60,827 nucleotides of DNA from Chlamydiia bacterium (GCA_016213175.1 JACRBF010000029.1:1-60827), one strand, 5' to 3'. Positions 1-8,708 are shown, counted from the stretch's first letter. Notes: generated by a model not told the origin, from the letters alone. Translations and numbers: made by a program.

Positions 1-18
1 AATATGTAAGAAGGCTGC

Positions 19-87
19 GCAAATTTTTTGTCTGGAGCGAGCGACCATTGTACGAGTACAAGGCACGAGTGAAGACAAAAAATTTGC
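19..87. repeat. 15-bp perfect inverted repeat (gcaaattttttgtct ... agacaaaaaatttgc) with a 39-nt spacer; potential stem-loop at the window edge
   Basis: Read directly: 19-33 is the exact reverse complement of 73-87, and flanking bases extend the pairing imperfectly. No T-tract follows; function unknown. Confidence 0.6.
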
Positions 88-130
88 TGTAAAGCTGACG
101 AAGCAGATTCTATCAAGAGAGTTTTAAAGC

Positions 131-233
131 ACTATATATACTGGATGTTGATATGATCTCCGAAATTTAAAGTCGAAAATTGGCTCAAAAGAACCCGAAA
201 ATCGACAGAAACTGGGTTTGTAGACGGTCTCTA
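131..233. repeat. Family A palindromic element, half copy (centre atatactggatgttgatat plus a degenerate arm)
   Basis: The centre is identical to the copy at the window end (60731-60827). The arm gtcgaaaattggctcaaaagaacccgaaaatcgacagaaac is about 75% identical to the arm of the 31593-31769 copy. It ends ...ggtctcTA immediately before the xerD ATG at 234. Confidence 0.6.
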
Positions 234-1106
234 ATGGAGAAAGAGCTTTTTGCCTCCGTGCGCCATTTTCTCGACCACCTTCGCTTTGAGAGAGGGCTTT
301 CCTCTCACACCATTGAGGCGTATGGGCGTGACGTGCGTCTTTTTGCAGACACTCTCGCACTGTCTGATTGGAACGGCGTCTCTCCAGAGTCTGTGATGCA
401 GTTCCTCTCGTATCTCCAAGAAAAAGACTATTCGAGCGCCTCTGTCTGCAGGACGGTCATCGCTGTAAAAGTGTATTTTCGCTTTTTGAAGAAGGAGGGG
501 GTCGTGTCTACTGATTTAGGGCGCTATTTCGATACGCCGAAATTATGGCAGTTGATCCCCGAAGTGCTGAGTGTCGAAGAGGTCAATGATCTGCTCATGC
601 AGCCGAAATCAGATGATTGCATGGGATTGAGAGACCGCGCGCTTTTCGAGACGCTCTATGCGACGGGGATGCGGGTATCGGAAGTATGCCAGCTTAGGAT
701 TGGCGATGTGCATGAGGCTTTTGTCAAGGTGAATGGGAAAGGGAAAAAGGAGAGGCTCATTCCCATCGGGCAAAAGGCGCTAGAGGCAATTAGACTCTAT
801 CTTGCGCAAGGGGATAAAAGAGATTCGCAAACGCCCCTTTTTCTCTCTAAAAATGGCAAACGGCTAGACCGGGTGGCCGTATGGCGTCGGATAAAGATGT
901 ATGCCAAAAGTGCGGGGATCGAGAAGACGATTTCTCCTCATACGCTACGTCACTCGTTTGCAACCCATCTTTTGGACAATGGCGCAGATCTCCGGTTGAT
1001 CCAAGATATGCTGGGTCATGAGGACATCGGCACAACGGATCGTTATACCCATGTGACAGGGGCAAGGTTGAAGACCTCGTTCCAGAAGTTTCATCCGCGT
1101 CCTTGA
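234..1106 (+). CDS. xerD: tyrosine site-specific recombinase, XerC/XerD family
   Basis: ORF 180..1106 trimmed to the first ATG after the repeat, because the TTG-started extension AQKNPKIDRN is repeat-encoded. Catalytic motifs are visible: ATGMRVSE (Arg), HTLRHSFATHLL (H-x-x-R), LGHEDIGTTDRYTHV (His/Tyr). XerC versus XerD is not resolvable. I chose xerD only because chlamydial xerD neighbours the second translocator locus (from memory). Confidence 0.85.
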   Translation: MEKELFASVRHFLDHLRFERGLSSHTIEAYGRDVRLFADTLALSDWNGVSPESVMQFLSYLQEKDYSSASVCRTVIAVKVYFRFLKKEGVVSTDLGRYFDTPKLWQLIPEVLSVEEVNDLLMQPKSDDCMGLRDRALFETLYATGMRVSEVCQLRIGDVHEAFVKVNGKGKKERLIPIGQKALEAIRLYLAQGDKRDSQTPLFLSKNGKRLDRVAVWRRIKMYAKSAGIEKTISPHTLRHSFATHLLDNGADLRLIQDMLGHEDIGTTDRYTHVTGARLKTSFQKFHPRP

Positions 1107-1170
1107 TCTCGAGTTGAAGAATTAAAATTATTTCTATAGCATTCGGAAATGGGACAACCCCAGGTGCCCG

Positions 1171-1563
1171 ATGTATTATCTCAAGATGCTTTTCTTTAAT
1201 TTCTTGATCGTTTTCTTTGCTAATCATATTTTGCCCGGAATTGATGTAGCGAATCAGACGAAACTTCCCCACATTGGAGGGGATTTGATCTTTGCTTTTG
1301 TTCTTGGCCTTTTGAATTCTTTGATTTTCTTGGGGCTTAAGATCCTGGATAAGGTCTCTGTTTTAAGAATAGGGATTTTATCCCTAGTCATCTCATTTGT
1401 CTCCTATGCAATCTTGAAAATTTTGCCGCTGGGCATCCATATTACGAACGTGAAAGGCTATTTTCTTGCCTCTATTTTGGTGGCTGCGGGAAGTTTTTTA
1501 ACAAACTTTCTGGAGATGAAGCGCACGAAATCGCACCATTCCTCCAATCCGGTGAACCCTTAG
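1171..1563 (+). CDS. small multi-TM membrane protein, DUF360/YvlD (phage_holin_4_2)-like, paralog 1
   Basis: 130 aa, about 4 hydrophobic helices, N-terminal FF.NFL.VFF...I.PGI motif typical of DUF360-like proteins. Clear paralog of 1690..2064. Its TAG stop (1561-1563) is the first 3 nt of a family A repeat. Confidence 0.6.
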   Translation: MYYLKMLFFNFLIVFFANHILPGIDVANQTKLPHIGGDLIFAFVLGLLNSLIFLGLKILDKVSVLRIGILSLVISFVSYAILKILPLGIHITNVKGYFLASILVAAGSFLTNFLEMKRTKSHHSSNPVNP

Positions 1564-1672
1564 AGATTGTTAACGGATATGGATTTCGTCGCTTTTCGGG
1601 ACCTCTTGAATCGAAAATCGGCTCAAAAGGTCCCGAAAATCGACAGAAACCAAATCCGTTAACAGTCTCTTA
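1561..1672. repeat. Family A palindromic element, short form (~112 bp)
   Basis: tagagattgttaacggatatggatttcgtcgcttttcggga... pairs with ...tcccgaaaatcgacagaaaccaaatccgttaacagtctcta. It lacks the aaaattggggggcaatat core of the long form. Confidence 0.85.
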
Positions 1673-1689
1673 ATCACACAAGAGGTTTA

Positions 1690-2064
1690 ATGACCTATCT
1701 TCGCAGCTTTTTTCTCAACTTTCTCATGGTCTTCTTTATCGATCGGATCTCGCCCGGCATTGAGATCGTCTATTTCGATCAGGTTCCCAATGTGGGTGCT
1801 GACATCCTCTTTTCGATCCTCGTGGGCTTTTTCAACGCCTCCGTCTTTCCCTTTTTGGCAATTTTGGAGCTGAAGATTACCAAACTAAAGCTGGCAGTAA
1901 TGACCGGTGTCATCAGTTTTGCAGCTTTTACCATCATCGCTGTTATCCCCTTTGGCGTGCGTGTCGTCAGTCCCCTGGGGTTTTTCTTCGGGAGTCTCGT
2001 TATCTGGGGCGTGGGCTATTTTTCCAACTATCTCGAATGGACGCATATTCGGGATAGAGGGTAG
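1690..2064 (+). CDS. small multi-TM membrane protein, DUF360/YvlD-like, paralog 2
   Basis: 124 aa. Aligns along its length with 1171..1563 (MTYLRSFFLNFLMVFFIDRISPGIEI vs MYYLKMLFFNFLIVFFANHILPGIDV). SD aagagg lies 5 nt upstream of the ATG. Confidence 0.6.
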   Translation: MTYLRSFFLNFLMVFFIDRISPGIEIVYFDQVPNVGADILFSILVGFFNASVFPFLAILELKITKLKLAVMTGVISFAAFTIIAVIPFGVRVVSPLGFFFGSLVIWGVGYFSNYLEWTHIRDRG

Positions 2065-2086
2065 TCTTTGTTCTGAGGCCCTCTTC

Positions 2087-3229
2087 TCATACTGTTTCTC
2101 TGACGTCTTTCTTCAATCCGATGAGTCCTAGGATCATGGCGATAAAGGCGAGGAAATAGAAGAGTCCGGACATGCCGAGAAGGGACATGGCGATGGGGGC
2201 GAGAAGAGGCCCTGCAATTGCGCCGAGGCCGTAGGAGAGGACGAATCCGCCTGTAGCGGCCACAATCTGGTGATCTGCTACCTTTTCGCAGGCGTAGGCC
2301 ATGCTGAGGGGATAGATCGTAAAAGAAAACCCGCCGAAAAACCATCCGAAGATTGAGAGAAGCCAGGGAGACTGGTGATCGATCAGGGCAATTGCGACGC
2401 CGAATAGGGCTGTCATGAATGCGGACACATTGAGAGCTCTGCGTCTATCTGTTTTGTCGGCCCATTTGCCAATCGGCCATTGAAAGCTTAAGCCTCCAAA
2501 AATAATGACGGCCATTAAGGTTCCGATTTCAGACAGTCCCATGCCGATCACTGTTGCATAGACAGGGACAAGGCCATAGATCGCTGCTAGGAGCATGCCG
2601 GAGATGATGCCGCCGAGAAAGCCTAGAGGAGAAATACGGAATAGTTGGGAGAGATTGAGTCGGACGGAGCAGTCGATTTTAGGTTCAGGGGATTTCCATA
2701 GAGAAATAGGAAGTACGGAGAGGGCGGAGAGAAAGGCGGTGATGCAAAAGGGGTAAATCGATCTTGGGTCGGAAAGATTGAGGAGAAACTGTCCTGAGGA
2801 AAGAGCTGCATAGAAGACGGCGAGATAGATGGACAGGACCCCCCCGCGTAAGTGGGGTGGGCTTTGGATTAAGAGCCAGCTTTCGATTACGATAAAAACG
2901 CCTGCCGTACACACGCCGCATAGGAGGCGCAATAATCCCCAGTAGATCGGCTCGATCCACATCCCTTGCGCTAAGACGAAAAGGGTGGAGAGGATCGCAA
3001 AGGTGCAAAAGGCACGGGACAGGCCGACTTTAGCAATCCATCGGTCGAGCCAGAGGGAACCGAGGAGGATGCCTGCATAGAGTGCAGAAGTGACTGCGCC
3101 GATGGTTTCGGTGGGATAATGTTCCATTTCCATACGAACTGAAACGAAGGTATTAAAAAGGCCGCTTCCGAGGATGAGGAAGGTGAGGCTGAGGAGGGGG
3201 GCTGCGAAGATGCGGATGAGTTGTAACAT
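2087..3229 (-). CDS. MFS-type transporter
   Basis: 380 aa, about 12 hydrophobic helices, MFS-like loop motifs (e.g. LDRWIAKVGLSRA between TM2 and TM3). Substrate unknown. Confidence 0.8.
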   Translation of the reverse strand: MLQLIRIFAAPLLSLTFLILGSGLFNTFVSVRMEMEHYPTETIGAVTSALYAGILLGSLWLDRWIAKVGLSRAFCTFAILSTLFVLAQGMWIEPIYWGLLRLLCGVCTAGVFIVIESWLLIQSPPHLRGGVLSIYLAVFYAALSSGQFLLNLSDPRSIYPFCITAFLSALSVLPISLWKSPEPKIDCSVRLNLSQLFRISPLGFLGGIISGMLLAAIYGLVPVYATVIGMGLSEIGTLMAVIIFGGLSFQWPIGKWADKTDRRRALNVSAFMTALFGVAIALIDHQSPWLLSIFGWFFGGFSFTIYPLSMAYACEKVADHQIVAATGGFVLSYGLGAIAGPLLAPIAMSLLGMSGLFYFLAFIAMILGLIGLKKDVRETV

Positions 3230-3400
3230 GGGGGATGATCCTGGAGTGTTTCCAAAATCTCATAGTGTCTAAATTGCTTGTTTACTGAAATTAGATTTTA
3301 TAAGTAATTGACAGTTAGATGCATGAATTATTTTAAATAAAGATTGAAATAAAACGTAGTTAAATTTAATAATTAAGTTAGATTTAATTTCGGTTTGTTT

Positions 3401-5590
3401 ATGTTTTTAAAATTAAAAGAAACTCTTTCTCTGCAAGAGTGTATGGATAATTTAGCAGCGATTGCTGAGATCGATATGGAGCATCCGTCACGGTTGGGGA
3501 TTATCCAGGGTAGGAAATTGGTGACTGACGAGGAGGAATTACCTCTTGGGGGTTCCGTGCAGTGGTTGAGCGAAGAAGGGGCTGAGCCGATTTTCGAGAT
3601 TTTAGATAAGACGTATCGGGGCATTCATCAACATCTTCTTTTTCTCTACGAAGATCCGGAAAGCGATTGGGATAACAAAAAAATGGAAACGGGTATGGCA
3701 GCCGTTATGACGTTGGTAGGAGAGTCTGCCAATAAAATGGATCGGTATTTAGCTTATCGCTTGGGTGTACCTGATCTAGTAAAAATTGCAGAAAGGGAAG
3801 AGTTCAAAGCGCTGCAGAGGTTCTATCTTCATCACTTTCAGAAAAAAATCCAGGGCGGCATTGCAGGAAGCCAGGTGGGCGACGAGGGTTGGGAGAGGGG
3901 GCAAGAGGCGGTTTTGCCTGTGGGGGACGGGTTAAAGGACTTCGAGACGGTACGCCAAGATAAGGAATATGAGCTTTTTTACATCCGCAATGAAGAGGGA
4001 AAACCTTATTTCAATACGGCGCTTCTACGCAATATCAAATTAAAGGTAGATCTCGCTTCTCAGGCAGAAACTTTTGAGGAAGATCCATTGCTGAAAGTAC
4101 GCGCGATGCAAGATCGGGATCTTCAGGCATCGGCCAATCAGATCTTGGGCGCTTATCATGCAGAGATTGAAGAGTTTTTTAAGATTGTTAAGAGTGCGGA
4201 GGGTAATACTCTTGCTCGTGAACTCAGGCAGGGGATCATGGCTCTTTTTCTTGCTGCTAATCCGCACAACTTATTGCAAAATACGAATGGCAAGAGTTGT
4301 TTACAATACTTTAATGATTTCCATGCATTTTTACGAAACTGTTTGAAGACGGGCGAATATCAAAAGTGGATTGCCTATCCGCCCGATCGGAGCGATAAGA
4401 TGGCCCATGTACTCTTATCCTTAGTGCATGGATTGTGCCGCAGTCTTTTTATGCGTGTGGGAGGCGTAAGACAAGAGTCTGTTGGGCTCATTCATCGGAC
4501 GATGCGTAGAGGCGAGGAGGGGAGCCAGGGACTGGCGAAGGGGCAAGAGAGCGAGACGGTGTGGAATCAATTTCTCAGAGAAGATGAGAAATTGAGATCG
4601 TTACTTTTGCAATTTCCGAATGGTCCGCTCTTTAAAATTCTCGACGTCATTCGAGAAGAGCAGGATGAAAATACGGCGATTCCATTCGATCCGATCGGAC
4701 AGGGCAATCTCCCTTCGCGGATCTATCAGATAAGTTACCAGGGCAGACAAGTGGACATATTGCGGCTTGCAGCGCCTATCATTCAATCGGTGATCAATAA
4801 AGCGGATGTGGTAGATGAATTCCGAGGGTTTCTGCGCTCTAGAACGTCAGGGAGCGCCAAAAAACACTTGATTGTCAATTTACAAGATCGCACTTCATGG
4901 AGGGAATTTTCGCGGGTGCGCGCTCTAGAAAGCCTACAGAAAAACGCGGAGTTCGGCCATCAAATTTTTGTGATGACGCTGCCTAAAGATACCGATTTCT
5001 ATTATCAAAATAATGAATATCTCAACCCCTCTAAAGCGGAGGATTTTTTGTCTGCCCTCAAATTGCAAGTGCAAGGGGGAGAGAGGACGGGCTATGGATT
5101 TCCTCCTTTATGGAAACAGGGCGATATTATGCATTGTGTAGATTTGATTTTACCACTGATCCATACCCAGTTTTTCCATAGCAAAGAGACTCTTTCTCGT
5201 AGAAATCGGGAAGATTTTATCGAAATTTTTTATCAGTTTCTCATCTTGCAGGCGATTCTGCACTTGATGCCTGATTCGATCAGCTTTACCTGTAAAGATG
5301 CTGTTGATACGGGGGCTGCGGAGTCTGCCGCATTTTACGGTTTTTTAAAGCTTTTGAGGAGTGATTCTTTAAAAACAAAAGAGGAGCGCGATTTTCTTCT
5401 CTGGCTCCTCTACACACCTGCGCTCTTCATGCGAGAGAGGGCGATCGATCCTGAAAGGCTGAATCGGGCGCTTGCGATGCTGGAGAGATGTGATGCAGAA
5501 TTATCGACGCATCGAGACGCTATTATGAGGAAGCTGGCAGAGGATAGAGGGTTTGACGCTTTGAAGACCCTTGATGCCATCCATCTTTAG
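3401..5590 (+). CDS. large hypothetical soluble protein (about 729 aa), no recognisable domain
   Basis: Long uninterrupted ORF with normal composition. First ATG at 3401 (the ORF track starts at TTG 3395). Helix-rich by eye, no TM segment, no catalytic motif I can name. Confidence 0.7.
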   Translation: MFLKLKETLSLQECMDNLAAIAEIDMEHPSRLGIIQGRKLVTDEEELPLGGSVQWLSEEGAEPIFEILDKTYRGIHQHLLFLYEDPESDWDNKKMETGMAAVMTLVGESANKMDRYLAYRLGVPDLVKIAEREEFKALQRFYLHHFQKKIQGGIAGSQVGDEGWERGQEAVLPVGDGLKDFETVRQDKEYELFYIRNEEGKPYFNTALLRNIKLKVDLASQAETFEEDPLLKVRAMQDRDLQASANQILGAYHAEIEEFFKIVKSAEGNTLARELRQGIMALFLAANPHNLLQNTNGKSCLQYFNDFHAFLRNCLKTGEYQKWIAYPPDRSDKMAHVLLSLVHGLCRSLFMRVGGVRQESVGLIHRTMRRGEEGSQGLAKGQESETVWNQFLREDEKLRSLLLQFPNGPLFKILDVIREEQDENTAIPFDPIGQGNLPSRIYQISYQGRQVDILRLAAPIIQSVINKADVVDEFRGFLRSRTSGSAKKHLIVNLQDRTSWREFSRVRALESLQKNAEFGHQIFVMTLPKDTDFYYQNNEYLNPSKAEDFLSALKLQVQGGERTGYGFPPLWKQGDIMHCVDLILPLIHTQFFHSKETLSRRNREDFIEIFYQFLILQAILHLMPDSISFTCKDAVDTGAAESAAFYGFLKLLRSDSLKTKEERDFLLWLLYTPALFMRERAIDPERLNRALAMLERCDAELSTHRDAIMRKLAEDRGFDALKTLDAIHL

Positions 5591-5771
5591 CTCGACTTTG
5601 CAACTTTTTAGCCTGCTGGCCTATCCTATTTGCTCTCGGACGTTTGGCCATAGGCCAAACTAGTCGATTTATTTAAACGGGAAGGGGTTTCTAACCCCTT
5701 CCCGTTTAAATAAACGTCTCCGAGAGCAAATATGCCGAGGTCAGCAGGCTAAAAAGTTGCAAAGTCGAGCT
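5589..5771. repeat. 183-bp nested palindrome (family D) filling the convergent intergenic space
   Basis: Outer arms of 30 nt are perfect (agctcgactttgcaactttttagcctgctg / reverse complement at 5742-5771). Middle arms are tatttgctctcgga / tccgagagcaaata. Inner 19-bp arms surround a 3-nt loop. An extra ggccataggcc mini-palindrome occurs only on the left side. Confidence 0.9.
5671..5711. terminator. 19-bp stem / 3-nt loop hairpin, candidate bidirectional terminator
   Basis: atttaaacgggaaggggtt tct aaccccttcccgtttaaat, with A/T-rich flanks on both sides. It lies between the convergent genes ending at 5590 (+) and 5771 (-). Confidence 0.5.
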
Positions 5772-6982
5772 TAGGGTTTTGATTCTTCGATGAGCCCTTC
5801 GTTATAGAGTTTGATCGAATTGGTAAGCGATTGGGAATTCCTGAGGAGATCTGCGAATTGCTTTTTGAAGTATTGGCTTTCAGCGATGCGCTCTTTTTCT
5901 GTGCTATTTTCCGCCCGTTCGAGAAGTTCGGCGAGTCTACCGAGCGACGTGGTGACGGCATCGATTTCTCCATCGAAATAGGTGCGAAATTCTTTCGGTG
6001 AATCGAGCGCTTTTAAGAGATTGGCTCTTTTCGTACGGCTTCTCTGCCAATGCTTGTCGTATTGAAACAGGACTCCGTAGTGGTTGATATCGTTCATCAA
6101 GGTGTTTGCTTTGCTAAATAGGGAGCTGAGATGGAGGTAGAAATCGTCTTGAGTGATGAATTTGCCGAGAGTGCCTGATCCTGAGGAGATATCGTGGGTG
6201 ATTTGATTGAGATTGTGCAGGAGGGGGATTCCTATCTTATTGAATGTGCGGACAGCTGTATTGCACTGCTCTGCAAGAGCGGAGACTTTATGGAGAAGTT
6301 CTTCATCGGAGAGGCTTGAGTGAATGAGGCTTAAATTTTCGTTGAGAAGATCCGCAGAGGTGCGCAGTGTAGGGATAATTTTTTCCGATTCGATGGCAGC
6401 GAGCGAGCGGTCTATTTGGGAAAGGGTTGTATTGAACAGTTGGATTGAAGCGCTTAAAGGGGCGCTATTTTCCCTAAACCAGGAATCGAGTTGGACGACT
6501 GTACCCTCTATCCGATTGGCTACTTTCGTGATTTGATGGAAAGTATTTTCTAGCGGATCGATGGAATTGGCGTAGATGACTTCGTCTGTGATCAGGCGGG
6601 CTTTTTGTGCGGCTTTGGGAAGGATAGCCACCGATTTTTCTCCCATGAGTCCTGTGGAGCGTACGGCGATCTCGTCTGTATCGTATACAGTGACGTTAGA
6701 ATCGGTTTTAAGGACGAGCTCATAGAAATAGATGCGTCCCATCTCATCGGGCGTCGATCTGGCATCCTTGATTTCGCGGATATGGATCACCTCTCCTACC
6801 GGTTTTCCTGCGAAGGTGACGCGGGTTCCTGCCGTGAGCCCTGCAATGTTGGTGAAGCGAACATAAAGCGTTTTTTTCCCATCTCCTACTTTTGGCTCTA
6901 AGAAGAGGATCATGGCCACAACAATCGTTACCGCGGTGACGATGAAAAGACCGATGAGGATGTTTTTCATCTTGTCGGTCAT
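5771..6982 (-). CDS. mlaD: MCE/MlaD-family substrate-binding protein of an Mla-like ABC transporter
   Basis: N-terminal TM helix, MCE-domain-like segment (YVRFTNIAGLTAGTRVTFAGKPVGEV), long helical C-terminal region. 4-nt overlap with the upstream ATPase gene. Confidence 0.75.
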   Translation of the reverse strand: MTDKMKNILIGLFIVTAVTIVVAMILFLEPKVGDGKKTLYVRFTNIAGLTAGTRVTFAGKPVGEVIHIREIKDARSTPDEMGRIYFYELVLKTDSNVTVYDTDEIAVRSTGLMGEKSVAILPKAAQKARLITDEVIYANSIDPLENTFHQITKVANRIEGTVVQLDSWFRENSAPLSASIQLFNTTLSQIDRSLAAIESEKIIPTLRTSADLLNENLSLIHSSLSDEELLHKVSALAEQCNTAVRTFNKIGIPLLHNLNQITHDISSGSGTLGKFITQDDFYLHLSSLFSKANTLMNDINHYGVLFQYDKHWQRSRTKRANLLKALDSPKEFRTYFDGEIDAVTTSLGRLAELLERAENSTEKERIAESQYFKKQFADLLRNSQSLTNSIKLYNEGLIEESKP

Positions 6983-7752
6983 TCGGCTTTTCTCCTTGTA
7001 AAAGAGGCATTGTCTTTTAGGGCGCGGATTAAGGGATCATCTATTTTCATAAAATTCTCAGGATCATTGATATAAGCTATTTTTCCGTCACGGTGGAGGG
7101 CCAATTTATCGGCGATGAAGAGGGCTGAGTGAAGATCGTGGGTTACGACAATGCTCGTTCCACGGAGGTCTCTTTGTGTTTTGACGATCAATTCATTGAT
7201 CTGCTGAGCCGTGATGGGATCGAGTCCTGTGGTGGGTTCGTCATAAAGCAAGATGGAGGGGCGGTAGACGATCAAACGGGCAAGGGCTGCTCTTTTGCGC
7301 ATACCTCCAGAAAGATCAGAGGGCATCTTTTTTTCAATTCCTTCGAGCCCTACCATAGCGAGAGCCTCTTTCACTTTTCGTTGGATTGTTTGGGCAGAAA
7401 AAGGCCTTTGTGTGAGGGGGTCTATATGCTGTTCAAGATAAAAGCCTGTATTCTTTTCGATATTCATCGAGTCGAAAAGGGCTGAACCTTGAAAGAGCAT
7501 CCCCATATTTTTGACAATGTCGTACATCTGATTCTGTTTACAGCTTGTGATCCGAATTCCGTTGATGTCGATAGATCCTTTATCTGGGGTTTCAATCCCG
7601 ATGATTTGGCGTAAGAGAACGCTTTTTCCGACGCCTGATCTTCCTAAAATGACGAGGATCTCCCCGTTTGGCACGTCGAGATTGAGACCTTTCAGCACAT
7701 CGATTGAACCGTAGCGTTTCCAAAGGTTGCGGATTTGGATCATTGCATCCAA
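6979..7752 (-). CDS. mlaF: ABC transporter ATP-binding protein (MlaF-like)
   Basis: Walker A GRSGVGKS, signature LSGGMRKR, Walker B ILLYDEPTTGLD, H-loop VTHD. Confidence 0.85.
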   Translation of the reverse strand: MDAMIQIRNLWKRYGSIDVLKGLNLDVPNGEILVILGRSGVGKSVLLRQIIGIETPDKGSIDINGIRITSCKQNQMYDIVKNMGMLFQGSALFDSMNIEKNTGFYLEQHIDPLTQRPFSAQTIQRKVKEALAMVGLEGIEKKMPSDLSGGMRKRAALARLIVYRPSILLYDEPTTGLDPITAQQINELIVKTQRDLRGTSIVVTHDLHSALFIADKLALHRDGKIAYINDPENFMKIDDPLIRALKDNASFTRRKAE

Positions 7753-8537
7753 CTGTACTTCAATTCTTGATTGATGATGTTGAGTCCCAGGGTAAGGAGA
7801 AAATCGGCGACGAGGATGAGGATGTAGCTTGTAACAACACTTTGAGTCGTTGATCTCCCAACTCCTGCGGCGCCTCCCGAAGTTTTCATCCCTTTATAGC
7901 AGCATACAGTGACGAGAAGGGTGCCGAAAATGAACGATTTTATGCAGCCGCTTGCCACATCGAAGAGAGTGATGTGTACTTGCATCGGATTAAAATAGCT
8001 GGCAGCTGTCATATGAAACAGAGAGACGGCGATCAGATAGCCGCCGAAGATGCCCATGATGGTGCTAAACAGGGTAAGAAGGGGGATCATAATGATGCCG
8101 GCGATGAAACGAGGTGCTATGAGATAGGCGTTTGGATTCACAGCCATCGAGCGCATGGCATCGATCTGTTCGGTGACTTTCATGGAACCGAGTTCGGCGC
8201 ACATGGCCGATCCCACCCTACCCGTGACCATAAAGGCGGTAAGGATGGGGCCTAGCTCAGTGAGCATTGCTTTGCCGACGAGAACACCTGTCACTCCGGA
8301 CAGCCCTTTTTCCCCTAGTTGGTAGAATGATTGGGCGGCTAAGACAAAACCCGTGGTAAATCCGGTGATGGCGACGACGGACAGGGACATGACTCCAATG
8401 TGGAATAGGTGTTCACGAACAAGGCGCCACGAAGGGGGTGTTCTGAGAGTTGCTGCAAAGACGCTGAGTACAAGGGAGATATAATCACCAATCATCTCCA
8501 GAAAGCGCACGGATTGAGTTGTGACGAGGGCGATCAT
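7740..8537 (-). CDS. mlaE: ABC transporter permease (MlaE-like)
   Basis: Multi-TM protein carrying the family-typical segment LGPILTAFMVTGRVGSAMCAELGSMKVTEQIDAMRSMAVNP. Confidence 0.85.
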   Translation of the reverse strand: MIALVTTQSVRFLEMIGDYISLVLSVFAATLRTPPSWRLVREHLFHIGVMSLSVVAITGFTTGFVLAAQSFYQLGEKGLSGVTGVLVGKAMLTELGPILTAFMVTGRVGSAMCAELGSMKVTEQIDAMRSMAVNPNAYLIAPRFIAGIIMIPLLTLFSTIMGIFGGYLIAVSLFHMTAASYFNPMQVHITLFDVASGCIKSFIFGTLLVTVCCYKGMKTSGGAAGVGRSTTQSVVTSYILILVADFLLTLGLNIINQELKYSWMQ

Positions 8538-8557
8538 TGGGTATCTTTAAACCTACT

Positions 8558-8672
8558 GAGCCAATTGCAAAACTATCCGCCGCCATAAAATCGTCTTTTT
8601 AGGGTCTTTTGCGATGGCAACGCCTCGTAAAATCATCGATTTTCTGGGAGCGGTGAGTTTTGCAACTGCCTC
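8558..8672. repeat. Family C palindromic element (115 bp) flanked by a 5-bp direct repeat CTACT
   Basis: The left arm gagccaattgcaaaactatccgccgccataaaatcg matches the reverse complement of the right arm (gaggcagttgcaaaactcaccgctcccagaaaatcg). CTACT occurs at 8553-8557 and 8673-8677. Confidence 0.75.
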
Positions 8673-8708
8673 CTACTCTCGTATTCATACAAGAGATCGG
8701 GATCGGGG

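Noticed and set aside
131-2064. Integron-like arrangement (tyrosine recombinase followed by small ORFs separated by palindromic attC-like sites containing GTTAAC)
   Set aside because: The recombinase is a normal-length Xer protein in the same orientation as the ORFs, not divergent, and there is no attI/Pc arrangement. The palindromes do not fit the RYYYAAC/GTTRRRY ends. The same elements are scattered at unrelated loci (opp, tal-atp islet, downstream of the DUF378 gene at the window end).
1171-2064. Prophage lysis cassette (two holin-family proteins next to a recombinase)
   Set aside because: There is no endolysin, spanin, capsid, terminase or repressor gene nearby. DUF360 proteins are widespread chromosomal membrane proteins. 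The flanks are housekeeping genes.
3291-3386. Three TTAGAT(T/G) motifs in the AT-rich region upstream of 3401..5590 as operator sites
   Set aside because: A 6-mer occurring three times in 165 bp of AT-rich DNA is expected by chance. There is no dyad symmetry or constant spacing.
7669-7674. TGGCAC (sigma-54 -24 element)
   Set aside because: It lies on the strand opposite the mlaF coding region, and the required TTGC(A/T) at -12 is absent (gtcgaGATTG).
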